Of a stretch of DNA of 64,000 nucleotides, positions 19,360 through 29,289 are shown in pieces (position 1 is the first letter of the stretch; each line of letters opens with the position of its first letter). Origin of the DNA: Halobacteriovoraceae bacterium (GTDB lineage Bacteria > Bdellovibrionota > Bacteriovoracia > Bacteriovoracales > Bacteriovoracaceae); the NCBI GenBank assembly GCA_963719505.1, contig CAVRCF010000002.1, positions 96,001-160,000 of the forward strand, written 5' to 3'. The notes beneath the pieces were generated by a model that saw nothing but the letters and a program-made list of their open reading frames with translations, had not been told where the DNA came from and did no database searches. The position numbers and the translations under genes were made by a program.

Positions 19360-19387
19360 TAAGTTATTGATTTTAAAAAAACGATAA
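19360..19387 (+). promoter_or_regulatory. Putative sigma28 promoter
   Basis: TAAG-N16-AACGATAA, 6 nt before ATG 19394. Confidence 0.4.
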
Positions 19388-19393
19388 GATCTT

Positions 19394-20143
19394 ATGAATT
19401 CTAAAAATAAATGGGCACTCTCAGTCTGCAATGTAGAAGAGAGTCAAGAAATTGCAATCAGTATTTTGAAGGAGCAAGGCTATCGAGTCATAAGATCTCC
19501 AAATATTATCGATGCCCATTTAAAGCTATCGAATCAAGACTTCGGCTTTTTTCTTTTGGATTTAGACTCTGTAGGTCTTGGTGCCCGCGATTTTGTCTCT
19601 TATGTCAGAAAAAAAGAGGCTAAAAAAAATATGAAAGACAAGGCTTCTATTCTTGTTACGGGGTCTGTTGCAAGTGTTTTTAATCGCCACTTTATGCATT
19701 TTGATAATGTGAAATTTTTCGAGCTTCCGTTAAAAACTGAAGCTCTTACTAAAAAAGTCCAAAGCTTTTTTAATAAAGCTGATAAAGCGACGGATAACAC
19801 CAAAAAAATAAAAGCCGGAGAGACACTTATTTTAGAAGGTGGACAGGGACATGAAATGTTTTGGATACTGGATGGAGCTTTTGATATTGTAAAAAAGAAT
19901 GTTGATGGAGTTGAAGTTGTCTTAGGCGAAGCCAATACAGGGGAACTTGTGGGGGAGATGAGCTTTCTCGATAACCTTCCTCGAAGTGCAACGATACGGG
20001 CGAAATGCGACAGTGAGGTGATGATTATTCCCCAGTCTAATTTCGCTGCCGTTCTTGATGGTCAACCTCGCTGGTTTCGCTCTTTAATGAAAACACTTTC
20101 TCAAAGATTAAGAGAAGCAAACAAAAAGATTTCAGATTCTTAG
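19394..20143 (+). CDS. Degenerate receiver domain plus cyclic-nucleotide-binding domain protein
   Basis: C-terminal GELVGEMSFLDNLPRSATIRA cNMP signature; N-terminal CheY-like pattern lacking the DD pair. Confidence 0.85.
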   Translation: MNSKNKWALSVCNVEESQEIAISILKEQGYRVIRSPNIIDAHLKLSNQDFGFFLLDLDSVGLGARDFVSYVRKKEAKKNMKDKASILVTGSVASVFNRHFMHFDNVKFFELPLKTEALTKKVQSFFNKADKATDNTKKIKAGETLILEGGQGHEMFWILDGAFDIVKKNVDGVEVVLGEANTGELVGEMSFLDNLPRSATIRAKCDSEVMIIPQSNFAAVLDGQPRWFRSLMKTLSQRLREANKKISDS

Positions 20144-21366
20144 AATTCTCTTATAAGATCGAGAAGTTTAAATAAAGCAGCTTGTGAAAACCTAAATTTT
20201 AAATCTTCTCTATTTCCAACAAAATTAAATATTTTCGATCCGCTGTCTTTTTTTGATGCGAATCCTATTCCAACTGTACCAACGGGTTTCTCTGGACTTC
20301 CTCCGCCTGGGCCTGCAATCCCGGTCGTCGCGACGGTGATGTCGACACCCATTTTATCCTTTGCACCGATGGCCATCTCTTTTGCCGTCTGAGTGCTTAC
20401 AGCACCAAAGGTTTTTAAAGTTTCCGAGTTGACATCGATGAGGCTCTCTTTCACTTCATTGGCATAGCTTACAACTGAGCCCCAAAAGACTTCAGAGCAT
20501 CCAGAAATATCTGTGATCCGACTAGCACATAGACCACCAGTACAAGATTCAGCAAAACCGAAAGTTACTTTTTTTGCTCGCGCCTCTGAGACAATAAGTT
20601 CCTCTAAAGACTGTGGACCTACATGCCATATATTTTCTTTAATATTTGAATTTGTGACAAGGCCTATAACCTCTTGTCGTTTCTCGCTATCAAATAAAAC
20701 GATACCAATATCGACACCTAAGGGATTTGGCAACGAACTAACTTCGCCGTATTCTTCCAATTTTTCCCACAGACCAGGACAAACTTCGTTAAAAATTTTA
20801 GCCTCTGGCATGTATCGAGTTTTTATGATGACTTGTTTCTCTTTACTTTCTGATGGGGGAAGTTTCTCTTTTAACGACTGATTAATGATCGATTTGAATT
20901 CACTTGGAACTCCCGGGGTTGCCAGAAGAAGTTTATCTTTTTGAAAAGAATGTAAAAGTCCTGGAGCATAACCAGTGGGATTTAAGAGAGCTTCAAAGTC
21001 TTTTGGTATATTTTGATAATCACTTTTATCTGCTTCAAAGGATCTTCCTTTATCTGAATATTGCTTTTGCACAATACTAAGAGCTTGGGAGGAGAACTGA
21101 ACGTCTTTGTTGAAAAAAGAGGAGAGCATTTTTTTTGTAAGGTCATCTTTAGTTGGACCCAGGCCTCCGCTGGTGACAATGAGATCACTTCTTTTGATGG
21201 CCAAGCTTAGAATATTATTAAAATGTTCTTCATTGTCTTGAATAATGGAAACAAATCGCAGGTTTATGCCTTGATCTTTACAAAAAGTGGCAAATTCCTT
21301 GGAATTTTTGTCACTAATTTTGCCATTGAGCAGTTCGTTTCCAATAATAATTAATTCTGCGTTCAT
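20140..21366 (-). CDS. cinA: Competence/damage-inducible protein CinA (MoCF-like domain plus PncC NMN deamidase)
   Basis: IGNELLNG..D.N, GGLGPTKDD, AESCTGG, TGIAGPGG. Confidence 0.95.
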   Translation of the reverse strand: MNAELIIIGNELLNGKISDKNSKEFATFCKDQGINLRFVSIIQDNEEHFNNILSLAIKRSDLIVTSGGLGPTKDDLTKKMLSSFFNKDVQFSSQALSIVQKQYSDKGRSFEADKSDYQNIPKDFEALLNPTGYAPGLLHSFQKDKLLLATPGVPSEFKSIINQSLKEKLPPSESKEKQVIIKTRYMPEAKIFNEVCPGLWEKLEEYGEVSSLPNPLGVDIGIVLFDSEKRQEVIGLVTNSNIKENIWHVGPQSLEELIVSEARAKKVTFGFAESCTGGLCASRITDISGCSEVFWGSVVSYANEVKESLIDVNSETLKTFGAVSTQTAKEMAIGAKDKMGVDITVATTGIAGPGGGSPEKPVGTVGIGFASKKDSGSKIFNFVGNREDLKFRFSQAALFKLLDLIREF

Positions 21367-21403
21367 CGTAACCTTTGTAATATTTTCAATCGCTTAAGAT
21401 GGA

Positions 21404-21432
21404 TTGACTATCGAGATCGCTCTTATTATAAC
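21404..21432 (+). promoter_or_regulatory. Putative sigma70 promoter
   Basis: TTGACT-N17-TATAAC, 8 nt before ATG 21441. Confidence 0.5.
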
Positions 21433-21440
21433 TCAAACTT

Positions 21441-22982
21441 ATGGCACTGAAAATTCAATTTAAGCTAGATTTCGATCACAGCGTTGAGGCTTACTTAAAT
21501 AAAAAATATCCAAAAATGACTGACTTTAGAATTCTTTCTCAGAGTCTGGATGCTCGTGGTGCCCCCAGAGGAAAAAAACCAGTCTATCAATACAATATCG
21601 AGTTGATTAAAGAGGGAGAAAGCTTCACTCAATTTGATGAAACCTTTCCCCAGAAAAAGCACTTTGATAAGATGCCAATATTCGTCGGAGCCGGTCCAGC
21701 CTCATTATTTGGAGCCTTAAGGTTAGCGGAGTACGGCATTCCCTCAGTTGTTATTGAGCGCGGGGAAGAGGCAAAAAAGAGGATGATTCACATCTCAAAG
21801 TACTGGCGTTACGGAGAGCTGGATACGGAAAGTAATGTCTGCTACGGGGAAGGGGGAGCCGGTCTATATTCTGACGGAAAACTCATTACTCGTATTAAGT
21901 CACCGTTTGTAAAATACGTGATGAAAAAATTTGTTCAGTTTGGGGCTCCTGCTGAAACGGAGTATATGTCTAATCCCCATTTGGGTTCAAATAAGATTCG
22001 AAATATCATAACGAAGCTGTCTGATCATTTACGAGAAAAGGGATGTAAAATTCTCTATAACACGCGAGTGGATGAGCTCATTTTTGAAAATGATAAAGTC
22101 AAAGGTGTAAAACTCTCAACTGGAGAGACTCTTTACAGTGACCATATTATTTTAGCGACCGGACACTCTTCAAAAGAGCTCTATAGGCATTTGTATGATC
22201 ATCAAGTGGCCATGAAGCAAAAAGACTTCGCCGTTGGAGTCAGAATCGAACATCCAAGAGCGGTTATAGATCAACTTCAGCATGGAAAGTACTCTGAACT
22301 TTTGGGGTCGGCCAGATATAGACTCTCTTATTATAATGAAGATACAACGAAAGGGACTTATAGTTTCTGCATGTGTCCTGGTGGATATGTTTTATCCTCA
22401 GGAACTGAAAAAGATGGAATTGTAGTTAATGGGATGAGTAACTCTGCGAGAAACTCTCGTTGGTCAAATTCCGCTTTAGTCGTTACTGTGCATGCGAATA
22501 AAGACTATTCAGGTGATCAATTAGCCGGACTTGATTTTCAGCATGAGATAGAGAAAAAAGCTTATGATTTGTCTGTCGAAAAAGCCTCTGGTCGAGAGCT
22601 CCCTGCGATGACGGTCGGTGAATTTTTAAAGGGAGAGTTAAACGATGACCCTCTACCAAAGACATCGAGTCCCTCAAAACTTTTTAAAACTGATATAAGA
22701 GAAATATTTCCAGACTTTATCAATGAGCACCTCCTTGATGGTTTAAAGGACTTTGATTCGAATATGAAAGGATACACCTTTCACGATGCCCTTTTGATCG
22801 CCCCTGAGACCAGAACAAGTGCACCAGTGACGATTCTTAGAGACAAAGTCACTTTGGAATCGGTCTCTCACCAAGGTCTTTATCCCTGTGGAGAGGGAGC
22901 TGGTTATGCGGGAGGAATTACCTCTGCGGCTGTTGATGGAATTAAGATTGTAGAATCTATTTTATCCTCACATAACGCTTAG
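21441..22982 (+). CDS. Uncharacterised FAD-dependent oxidoreductase (COG2509-like)
   Basis: VGAGPAS, GEGGAG..SDGKL, SFCMCPGG, GEGAGYAGGITSAAVDG. Confidence 0.9.
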   Translation: MALKIQFKLDFDHSVEAYLNKKYPKMTDFRILSQSLDARGAPRGKKPVYQYNIELIKEGESFTQFDETFPQKKHFDKMPIFVGAGPASLFGALRLAEYGIPSVVIERGEEAKKRMIHISKYWRYGELDTESNVCYGEGGAGLYSDGKLITRIKSPFVKYVMKKFVQFGAPAETEYMSNPHLGSNKIRNIITKLSDHLREKGCKILYNTRVDELIFENDKVKGVKLSTGETLYSDHIILATGHSSKELYRHLYDHQVAMKQKDFAVGVRIEHPRAVIDQLQHGKYSELLGSARYRLSYYNEDTTKGTYSFCMCPGGYVLSSGTEKDGIVVNGMSNSARNSRWSNSALVVTVHANKDYSGDQLAGLDFQHEIEKKAYDLSVEKASGRELPAMTVGEFLKGELNDDPLPKTSSPSKLFKTDIREIFPDFINEHLLDGLKDFDSNMKGYTFHDALLIAPETRTSAPVTILRDKVTLESVSHQGLYPCGEGAGYAGGITSAAVDGIKIVESILSSHNA

Positions 22983-23097
22983 CAAGTAAATGTCATAAAA
23001 ATTCCCAACACCCTCTATTTATATAGCTAAATCAGATTTATTCTGTAATACTGGGCCACAATAATCAAAAAATTTATAGAATTTAGATGGAGTTCAA

Positions 23098-24913
23098 ATG
23101 AAACTAAAGAACATTGCTATTGTCGCTCACGTTGACCATGGTAAAACTACTCTTGTCGACGAATTATTAAAGCAATCAGGACTATTTGAAGCTCATGACA
23201 AGTAGCTGATAGAGTTATGGACTCTGGAGAAATCGAAAAAGAGCGTGGTATTACAATTACAGCAAAAAACTGTGCCTTTACTTGGGAAGAATATAAAGTA
23301 AATTTTCTAGATACTCCAGGCCACGCTGACTTTGGTGGAGAAGTTGAAAGATCACTAATGATGGTTGATGGTGTTATTCTTCTCGTTGATGCAGCTGAAG
23401 GTCCACTTCCTCAAACAAGATTTGTTCTTCAAAAAGCAATTGAGCGAGGAATTAAAATCGGCGTTATGATTAATAAAATTGACCGTCACGATGAAAGACA
23501 CGAAGAAGTTCAAGCTGAAATTGAAGATCTTGTTTTAGAGCTTGTTGATCTTGCTGGTGTTGAAGACTTTGATTTAGATATTCCATTTTTCTATGGTTCA
23601 GGACGTGATGGTTACTGTTCTAATGATCCAGCGGCAAGAGAAGGGAACCTTACAGCTCTTCTCGATTTCTTTATTGGTGATTTTTATCCAATGGCAGAAC
23701 TTGATAAAGATAAGCCTCTTCAATTACTCGTGACAAACCTTTCTTACTCTAAATATCTTGGAACTTTGATGATCGGAAGAATCAACAGAGGAGTTATGGA
23801 AGAGAATAAACCATATATGTGGTATGGACGTGAGATGGAAAACCAAAGCAGATCAAAATTGGAAAAATTCAAATTTTTGATGGCTTAGGGTTTAAAGAAG
23901 TTCAATCCGCAGATGCTGGTGAGATTGTTATCTTCTCTGGTGTTGATGATGCCATTATTGGTGATACCATTGCCGACTTTGCCAAGCCAGAGCCACTAGA
24001 GAGAATTAAAATTGATCCACCAACAGTTTCTGTTCAGGTTTCAGTTTCAACTTCTCCTTTATCAGGTCAAGAAGGGGAATACCTTACGTCAAGAAAGCTT
24101 GAAGAATTTCTTATTGAAGCTTTTCGAAAGAACGTTTCTCTTCAATATGCAGCAACAGATGATCCAAAAGTATTTGTTTTAAAAGCGAGAGGGGAACTTC
24201 AAGTTGCTATCGTTTTTGAAGAAATCAGAAGAGCTGGATTTGAGCTTATGATTTCTCGTCCACAAGTTCTTATGAAAGAGGATGAAGATGGCGAAAAATT
24301 AGAGCCATATGAAAAAGTTGTTTTTGATGTTCCAACTGAATCAACTGGTGCTGTAACAGAAGCGATGGGAACACGAAAAGGTTTCATGAAAGGGATGGCC
24401 CAATTGGTGAAACCAGAACAAGAATCGAGTTTAAAGTTCCTGCAAGAGGTCTGATTGGTTATAGATCAAAATTCTTAACAGATACTCGTGGAGAAGGACT
24501 TATGAGTTCTTACTTCGCTGGTTATGAAGCAATATGTTGGTAAAATGTTATCTCGTCAAAACGGTGCTTTAGTTGCCGATAAAGCGGGTGTAACAAGTGC
24601 CTATGGACTGTTTAAAGTTCTTTCTTCAGGTGAACAGTTTGTTAAACCAGAAGAGAAAGTTTACGAAGGAATGGTTGTTGGTGAAGCAACTCGTCCAAAT
24701 GATATGAACATCAATGTGACGAGAACAAAACATCTGACAGCTGTGAGAACGGCAGGTAAGGATGAGAATATTGTTCTTCCACCAATTCAGCCAAGAACTC
24801 TTGAGTGGGCCCTTGACTGGATTGATGACTCTGAGTGGGTTGAAGTTACTCCTGTCAATATCAGAATCCGAAAAAAGGTTCTTGAATCAAATAAACGTTC
24901 AGTTAAAAGATAA
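23098..24913 (+). CDS. typA: Translational GTPase TypA/BipA, interrupted by four single-base frameshifts (probably sequence errors)
   Basis: [21 protein letters not shown] from ATG 23098; [39 protein letters not shown]; frame changes near 23197, 23833, 24400 and 24527; repaired length is about 605 aa. Confidence 0.93.
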
Positions 24914-24936
24914 TGATCGAGTAAATTTATAAGTAG

Positions 24937-24965
24937 AAAGGCCCTCACTTGAGGGCTTTTTTTTT
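24937..24965 (+). terminator. Rho-independent terminator after typA
   Basis: AAGGCCCTCA-CT-TGAGGGCTTT hairpin followed by a T run. Confidence 0.85.
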
Positions 24966-25298
24966 GAGACCTGTTTCTTAATAAAGAATAACTTTACTCC
25001 GGAGATATTCGCTACAGATTTCCTAGGCCTTATAATTACCTTTAAATCATCTAGCACCGGACTTATGAGAAGGTCAAGAAAGACACTTAAGTAAGCAATA
25101 GTCGGGATCTTAAAGTTTATAAGGATATTTAAAGGTAAAAGCGACTTTAAATACTGTTTCGCCTCTTTAGTGAAAGAATGCTAATTACACCAACGCAGGA
25201 AAATGTTTTTAGGATTGTTGTTCTTTCGATTACTCATCATAAATTACTCAGCAGAGAAGGAGGTCGTAATCTATTAAAGTAAACGCCTTAAGTTGGAT

Positions 25299-26648
25299 TT
25301 ATCTTACTTCATCAACAACTTTACTAAAGATAAACTTCGCTTTGTTTTGTTCAAATTCAAATTTGCCTTCACCTTGATTAAACCTAATAAATGCAATTCC
25401 TTTGATAGAAAACTCAATATCATTTATTGATGTTGTTTTACCTATTTCTTGGCCAGGTAATGAATAAAGCAATTGATTAAAGTGCTTAGTGAGTACAAAT
25501 GTGAGACCTGTTTTTTTATCTTTGTAAGTTCCAACATACTTATCTAAGATAACATCATCAACAGGTCTTGAGAATTTTGGCTTACACATTTTAGACATGA
25601 TGAGTATTGCACCAATACATTGTGGTGAACTGGAGGTGTTTGCAAGATAAATGAAACCTTTCTTTTTGTGTACATCAAACTGCAAGTCGGAAGTAAAGCC
25701 TCCTGTTCCACCATTGTGGCCCAAACCATGAACTTTACCATCCTCTAACTTTAAACCCCAAGCAATTCCTATCCCCTTATTTCCATCAACAAATCTTGGG
25801 TTCTGAGAAAACCTTAATATACTTTCAATACCCGTATTTTCAGGTGATATATTGGCTTTTAAGAAAAGCATTAAGTCTTTAGGTGTCGACTTTAGAGCTC
25901 CAGCACCACTCATGGTATTTAATAGCAACCAGTACGGAGTTCTTGAAAGTAATTCATTATGGCCAGGAACAAAGAGATCATTCACTTCTTTTGGTACATT
26001 AACATAAGTATTTTTCATACCTAATGGATCTGTAATATATTTTATAACCAATTCTTCGTATGTTAGATTTGTCTTTTTTTGAAGAATAAGTCCAAGAAGT
26101 CCAAAACCTGTGTTGGAATAATTTTTCCAAGAAAATACGGTTGGCTTCTTAATTTCTTTTAGTGACTCTAAGTATGAAAGAAGCATCTTTTCAGTGTATT
26201 TAGCATATGGGTCCTTAATATCGACAATAGTTAGATTGCTAGGAACTCTTGCTAGCCCAGACATATGAGTCGCGAGTTCAATCAAGGTGATATTCCCAGC
26301 GGGTTTATCTTTAAGAGTTTTTAATACAGATGAGACTTTATCATTAATATCTAAAGTACCTTTAAGATGAAGAGAACTAAGAATTAAGCCAGTGAAAACT
26401 TTGGATAAAGAGCCTATTTCAAAGATATTTTCCGGTGTTGGTTTATTAACATTATCATCTGCGATATCTCCAAAGCTATAGAAGTCTTCAATTGAGTCCT
26501 TTTCATAGCTTCCGATAATAATACTACGAAAATCACCGTTTGATATTTGAGACTCAATTGTCGCTTCTAATAGCTTAGGTGAACTTTGGCTAAATGTTGA
26601 GCAAGATAAAATTGTTAGTGAAAAAAATATATTTTTTATAAAACTCAT
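25299..26648 (-). CDS. Secreted serine hydrolase, beta-lactamase class C / D-Ala-D-Ala peptidase family
   Basis: FEIGSLSK (SxxK), LATHMSGL, YSNTG, GHNGGTGGF; C-terminal DUF3471-like LDKYVGTY. Confidence 0.9.
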   Translation of the reverse strand: MSFIKNIFFSLTILSCSTFSQSSPKLLEATIESQISNGDFRSIIIGSYEKDSIEDFYSFGDIADDNVNKPTPENIFEIGSLSKVFTGLILSSLHLKGTLDINDKVSSVLKTLKDKPAGNITLIELATHMSGLARVPSNLTIVDIKDPYAKYTEKMLLSYLESLKEIKKPTVFSWKNYSNTGFGLLGLILQKKTNLTYEELVIKYITDPLGMKNTYVNVPKEVNDLFVPGHNELLSRTPYWLLLNTMSGAGALKSTPKDLMLFLKANISPENTGIESILRFSQNPRFVDGNKGIGIAWGLKLEDGKVHGLGHNGGTGGFTSDLQFDVHKKKGFIYLANTSSSPQCIGAILIMSKMCKPKFSRPVDDVILDKYVGTYKDKKTGLTFVLTKHFNQLLYSLPGQEIGKTTSINDIEFSIKGIAFIRFNQGEGKFEFEQNKAKFIFSKVVDEVR

Positions 26649-26731
26649 AGCATTTCCTTATATAGTTTTAAGATTTTTAGCCCAAATGTTGTCAGTTTAA
26701 AAGTGAGTTTTGGATTGGACCCCGTTTTAGG

Positions 26732-27535
26732 CTACCTTTGATTTTCTAATAAATACTCTTTCGGGCTCAACATGCCAAGCCCTGAATGAGGTGCTATTTC
26801 ATTATAATCTTTCATCCAACCCTTGATCATCTTCAGCACTACATCCGCACTGTAACAGTCGCTGTTGTAGACATAGTCTCGCTTGATCGTTTTCACAAAA
26901 GCTTCACTCATTCCATTTGATTCTGGGCTATAGGCAGCTGTATAACAGCTTTTTAAACCAAGATGGTTCGCCAAATTCTTAACAGAATGGGCTCGATAAA
27001 TACTTCCTCTATCCGATAAAAATTCTATCGTTCTCAAAGTTTTGTAATCTTTAAACCTGTATTTAACTGCTTTCAGCATCAGACTCTCAATATCAGTCGC
27101 AAGCAGTGGTGATTTTGAAGCTACAAATGAGAGAACCTCTCTGTCACATGTATCTAAAACAAAAGAAACAAAAACTTTTTCTCCGTTAAAGCACTTAATC
27201 TCAAAACAATCACTGCACCACCTTGTATTTGAATGCAGAGTCATTACTTTGCCAGTTGGAGTGTGAGTTCTCGTCACAGCAGACTTTGGAAGAAGAAGTC
27301 CATTCACTCTCATGATCCTGTAGATACGCTTCTTATTAAGCCTTGGATGCCCCAGAGTAAGTCGAAGACGATTGACCATGGCCGTAACTCGTTTATAACC
27401 ATAAGTTGGTCGTAAGGAAACAATTGACCTAATCTGGCTTAGTATTTCTCCATCTTCAGCTTTAAAGTAAAATTTCTTTGAGCTAGTCGTTTTATAAATT
27501 GATTTTGAGTGGACTCCAAACATTTCACAGATCAT
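26732..27535 (-). CDS. IS3-family transposase OrfB (DDE/rve)
   Basis: YGYKRV, SNTRWCSDCFE..LDTCDRE, LSDRGS, SPESNGMSEAFVKTIKRDY, YN..PHSGLGMLSP; IS2 InsD-like. Confidence 0.95.
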   Translation of the reverse strand: MICEMFGVHSKSIYKTTSSKKFYFKAEDGEILSQIRSIVSLRPTYGYKRVTAMVNRLRLTLGHPRLNKKRIYRIMRVNGLLLPKSAVTRTHTPTGKVMTLHSNTRWCSDCFEIKCFNGEKVFVSFVLDTCDREVLSFVASKSPLLATDIESLMLKAVKYRFKDYKTLRTIEFLSDRGSIYRAHSVKNLANHLGLKSCYTAAYSPESNGMSEAFVKTIKRDYVYNSDCYSADVVLKMIKGWMKDYNEIAPHSGLGMLSPKEYLLENQR

Positions 27536-27897
27536 TTTTTTTGATCCTTTCTTTTTGAGTTTGATGAATTCTTTTGCTCGATCAACTCCTGTTCCAAGAT
27601 CTTTTTTTTATAAAAATCGATGATATCCTGAGCGACCTCTTCTCTGAGGGTAGATTCACCAACTTTCTTGAGTAGTTTATCTTTGTCTTTTTTAAGTTGA
27701 TCAATTTGTTTCAAAAGGTCAGCAACATCGATATTAGTATCAGGTTTGTCTTTCATAGCTCTTTTCCATTGGTATAAAGTTACTGCATTTATATCATGGA
27801 CTCGTGCTAAAACTGAAATTGGAACACCTTTTGAACGATGTTCCTGTAGAATTTGGATTTTTTGATCTTCGGTAAATCTTCTTCTTTTTCTTTCCAT
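27532..27897 (-). CDS. IS3-family transposase OrfA (HTH)
   Basis: RRRFTEDQKIQIL..ISVLAR..I...TLYQWK; overlaps orfB by ATGA after an A run. Confidence 0.92.
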   Translation of the reverse strand: MERKRRRFTEDQKIQILQEHRSKGVPISVLARVHDINAVTLYQWKRAMKDKPDTNIDVADLLKQIDQLKKDKDKLLKKVGESTLREEVAQDIIDFYKKKILEQELIEQKNSSNSKRKDQKK

Positions 27898-28241
27898 TTT
27901 TTCCTCCGTTAAGAGGTAGCCGTCAAAAGGGGGTCACGAACAGTTTGTAATAAAGAAGTACTGAAGAATAGGTAATAATACTCATCTCCTGAGTTAAGTA
28001 CTTGTTATGAAATATGTCCAAGCCCTAAAACGTGCTCAGAAGGCCGTATTTTAGATCCAGTGGTACTTTAAACGTGGAGCATGTGATGTATGTTGGGTTG
28101 CCCCATACAACTACTGAGTAAAATGGATTTGGGTTTGTTGTTCTTACTATTCTAAAATACAAAAGCCTCGAAAAGTACGAGGCTATAATTTTCTAATTTG
28201 AATCCGCTAATTATCCCATTCCAAAAGTTGGAGGAAAAGCT

Positions 28242-28276
28242 GTTTCGATAATGAGGCTCAGCCTCATTATCGAAAC
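28242..28276. repeat. Perfect 16-bp inverted repeat, possibly the terminator of the 28739 gene
   Basis: GTTTCGATAATGAGGC-TCA-GCCTCATTATCGAAAC. Confidence 0.8.
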
Positions 28277-28292
28277 TCCATAAACTTGAATT

Positions 28293-28739
28293 TTAATTCT
28301 TAATATTACACTTAGCAGGGCTACTGGTAGTCAACTGCATATTTGTTGAAACTTTACTGATTATTATTCCACCTTCACTACCAAGTAAGGTTCTACGAGA
28401 TATATTTAAATTCGAAGAACCTACAGTGATCATTTCGTTCTTACCGTTTAATGACATTCCACCAAAACGAATATATAATTCATTATCCCCTAATTTAGTT
28501 GAGTCGATAATCTCTAGATCATATGAGCCTCTAACCCCTCTACCTTTTAGAGTAATCTTCGCTTCCTGCAGATCAACCACAGCTTTATGGTTCTTACTAG
28601 TAATAGTACTCCCACTGCCTGTTGACTTACATATTACAAAACGTTTACCAATAATTTCTCGAGCTTGGTCCACTGAAATCTCAGTTGCAAAGCTAGAAAC
28701 ACTTCCTAACGCTAATAATCCTATTAATAATTTTCTCAC
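28293..28739 (-). CDS. Small secreted hypothetical protein
   Basis: Signal peptide MRKLLIGLLALGSVSSFA; AGGAG RBS. Confidence 0.8.
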   Translation of the reverse strand: MRKLLIGLLALGSVSSFATEISVDQAREIIGKRFVICKSTGSGSTITSKNHKAVVDLQEAKITLKGRGVRGSYDLEIIDSTKLGDNELYIRFGGMSLNGKNEMITVGSSNLNISRRTLLGSEGGIIISKVSTNMQLTTSSPAKCNIKN

Positions 28740-28873
28740 AATAATCTCCTCGATCTTCCGCTTCTTTTATCATTCTATAAATTTTCAATCATCAAAACAG
28801 TTCTTTGAGCTACTTTTTGTTAAACCTAACTAGCTTTACTGATTAGATAGGCTTAAGCACGATACTTTTAAAT

Positions 28874-29254
28874 TCATTCACAGTTTCCAATCCACTTTGC
28901 ATCTTCTGCTAAAGATACTGCAGATTCAATGCTGTCCCTAGACTCTATCTCTTTAATTGCATTTGATATGGAGTAGTAAATAGGGCTGAGAAGCAGAGAT
29001 CCTCCTACTATTTGCCCCTCAAGAGAACTTACTCCTGCTAATGCGCGAGTCAAGTCAGCCTTAATTAACTGTACTTTAAACTTGATACTGAGATTCTCGT
29101 TATTACTAGTGTCCAAGACAAGTTTTGAGTAAGAGCAAATTTTTTGATTCGTCAGTTTTACAAACATTGGATTTACAACTTGAGTAATATCCATTGCAAA
29201 GACTGAAGATGATAGTAAAATGCTTGTCATTGTTGCTAAAATTAATTTATTCAT
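28874..29254 (-). CDS. Small secreted hypothetical protein
   Basis: Signal peptide ending SVFA; AGGAG RBS. Confidence 0.8.
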   Translation of the reverse strand: MNKLILATMTSILLSSSVFAMDITQVVNPMFVKLTNQKICSYSKLVLDTSNNENLSIKFKVQLIKADLTRALAGVSSLEGQIVGGSLLLSPIYYSISNAIKEIESRDSIESAVSLAEDAKWIGNCE

Positions 29255-29289
29255 GCTTTCTCCTAAAGTTAAGTTGTTTGACTAATTGT

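Larger units (their letters stand above)
26711..27942 (-). mobile_element. Complete IS3-family insertion sequence, IS2-like, 1232 bp
   Basis: Imperfect terminal IRs TGGATTGGACCCCGTTTTAGGCTACCT and TGTTCGTGACCCCCTTTTGACGGCTACCT; GTTT direct repeat at 26707-26710 and 27943-27946; orfA/orfB pair. Confidence 0.92.
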
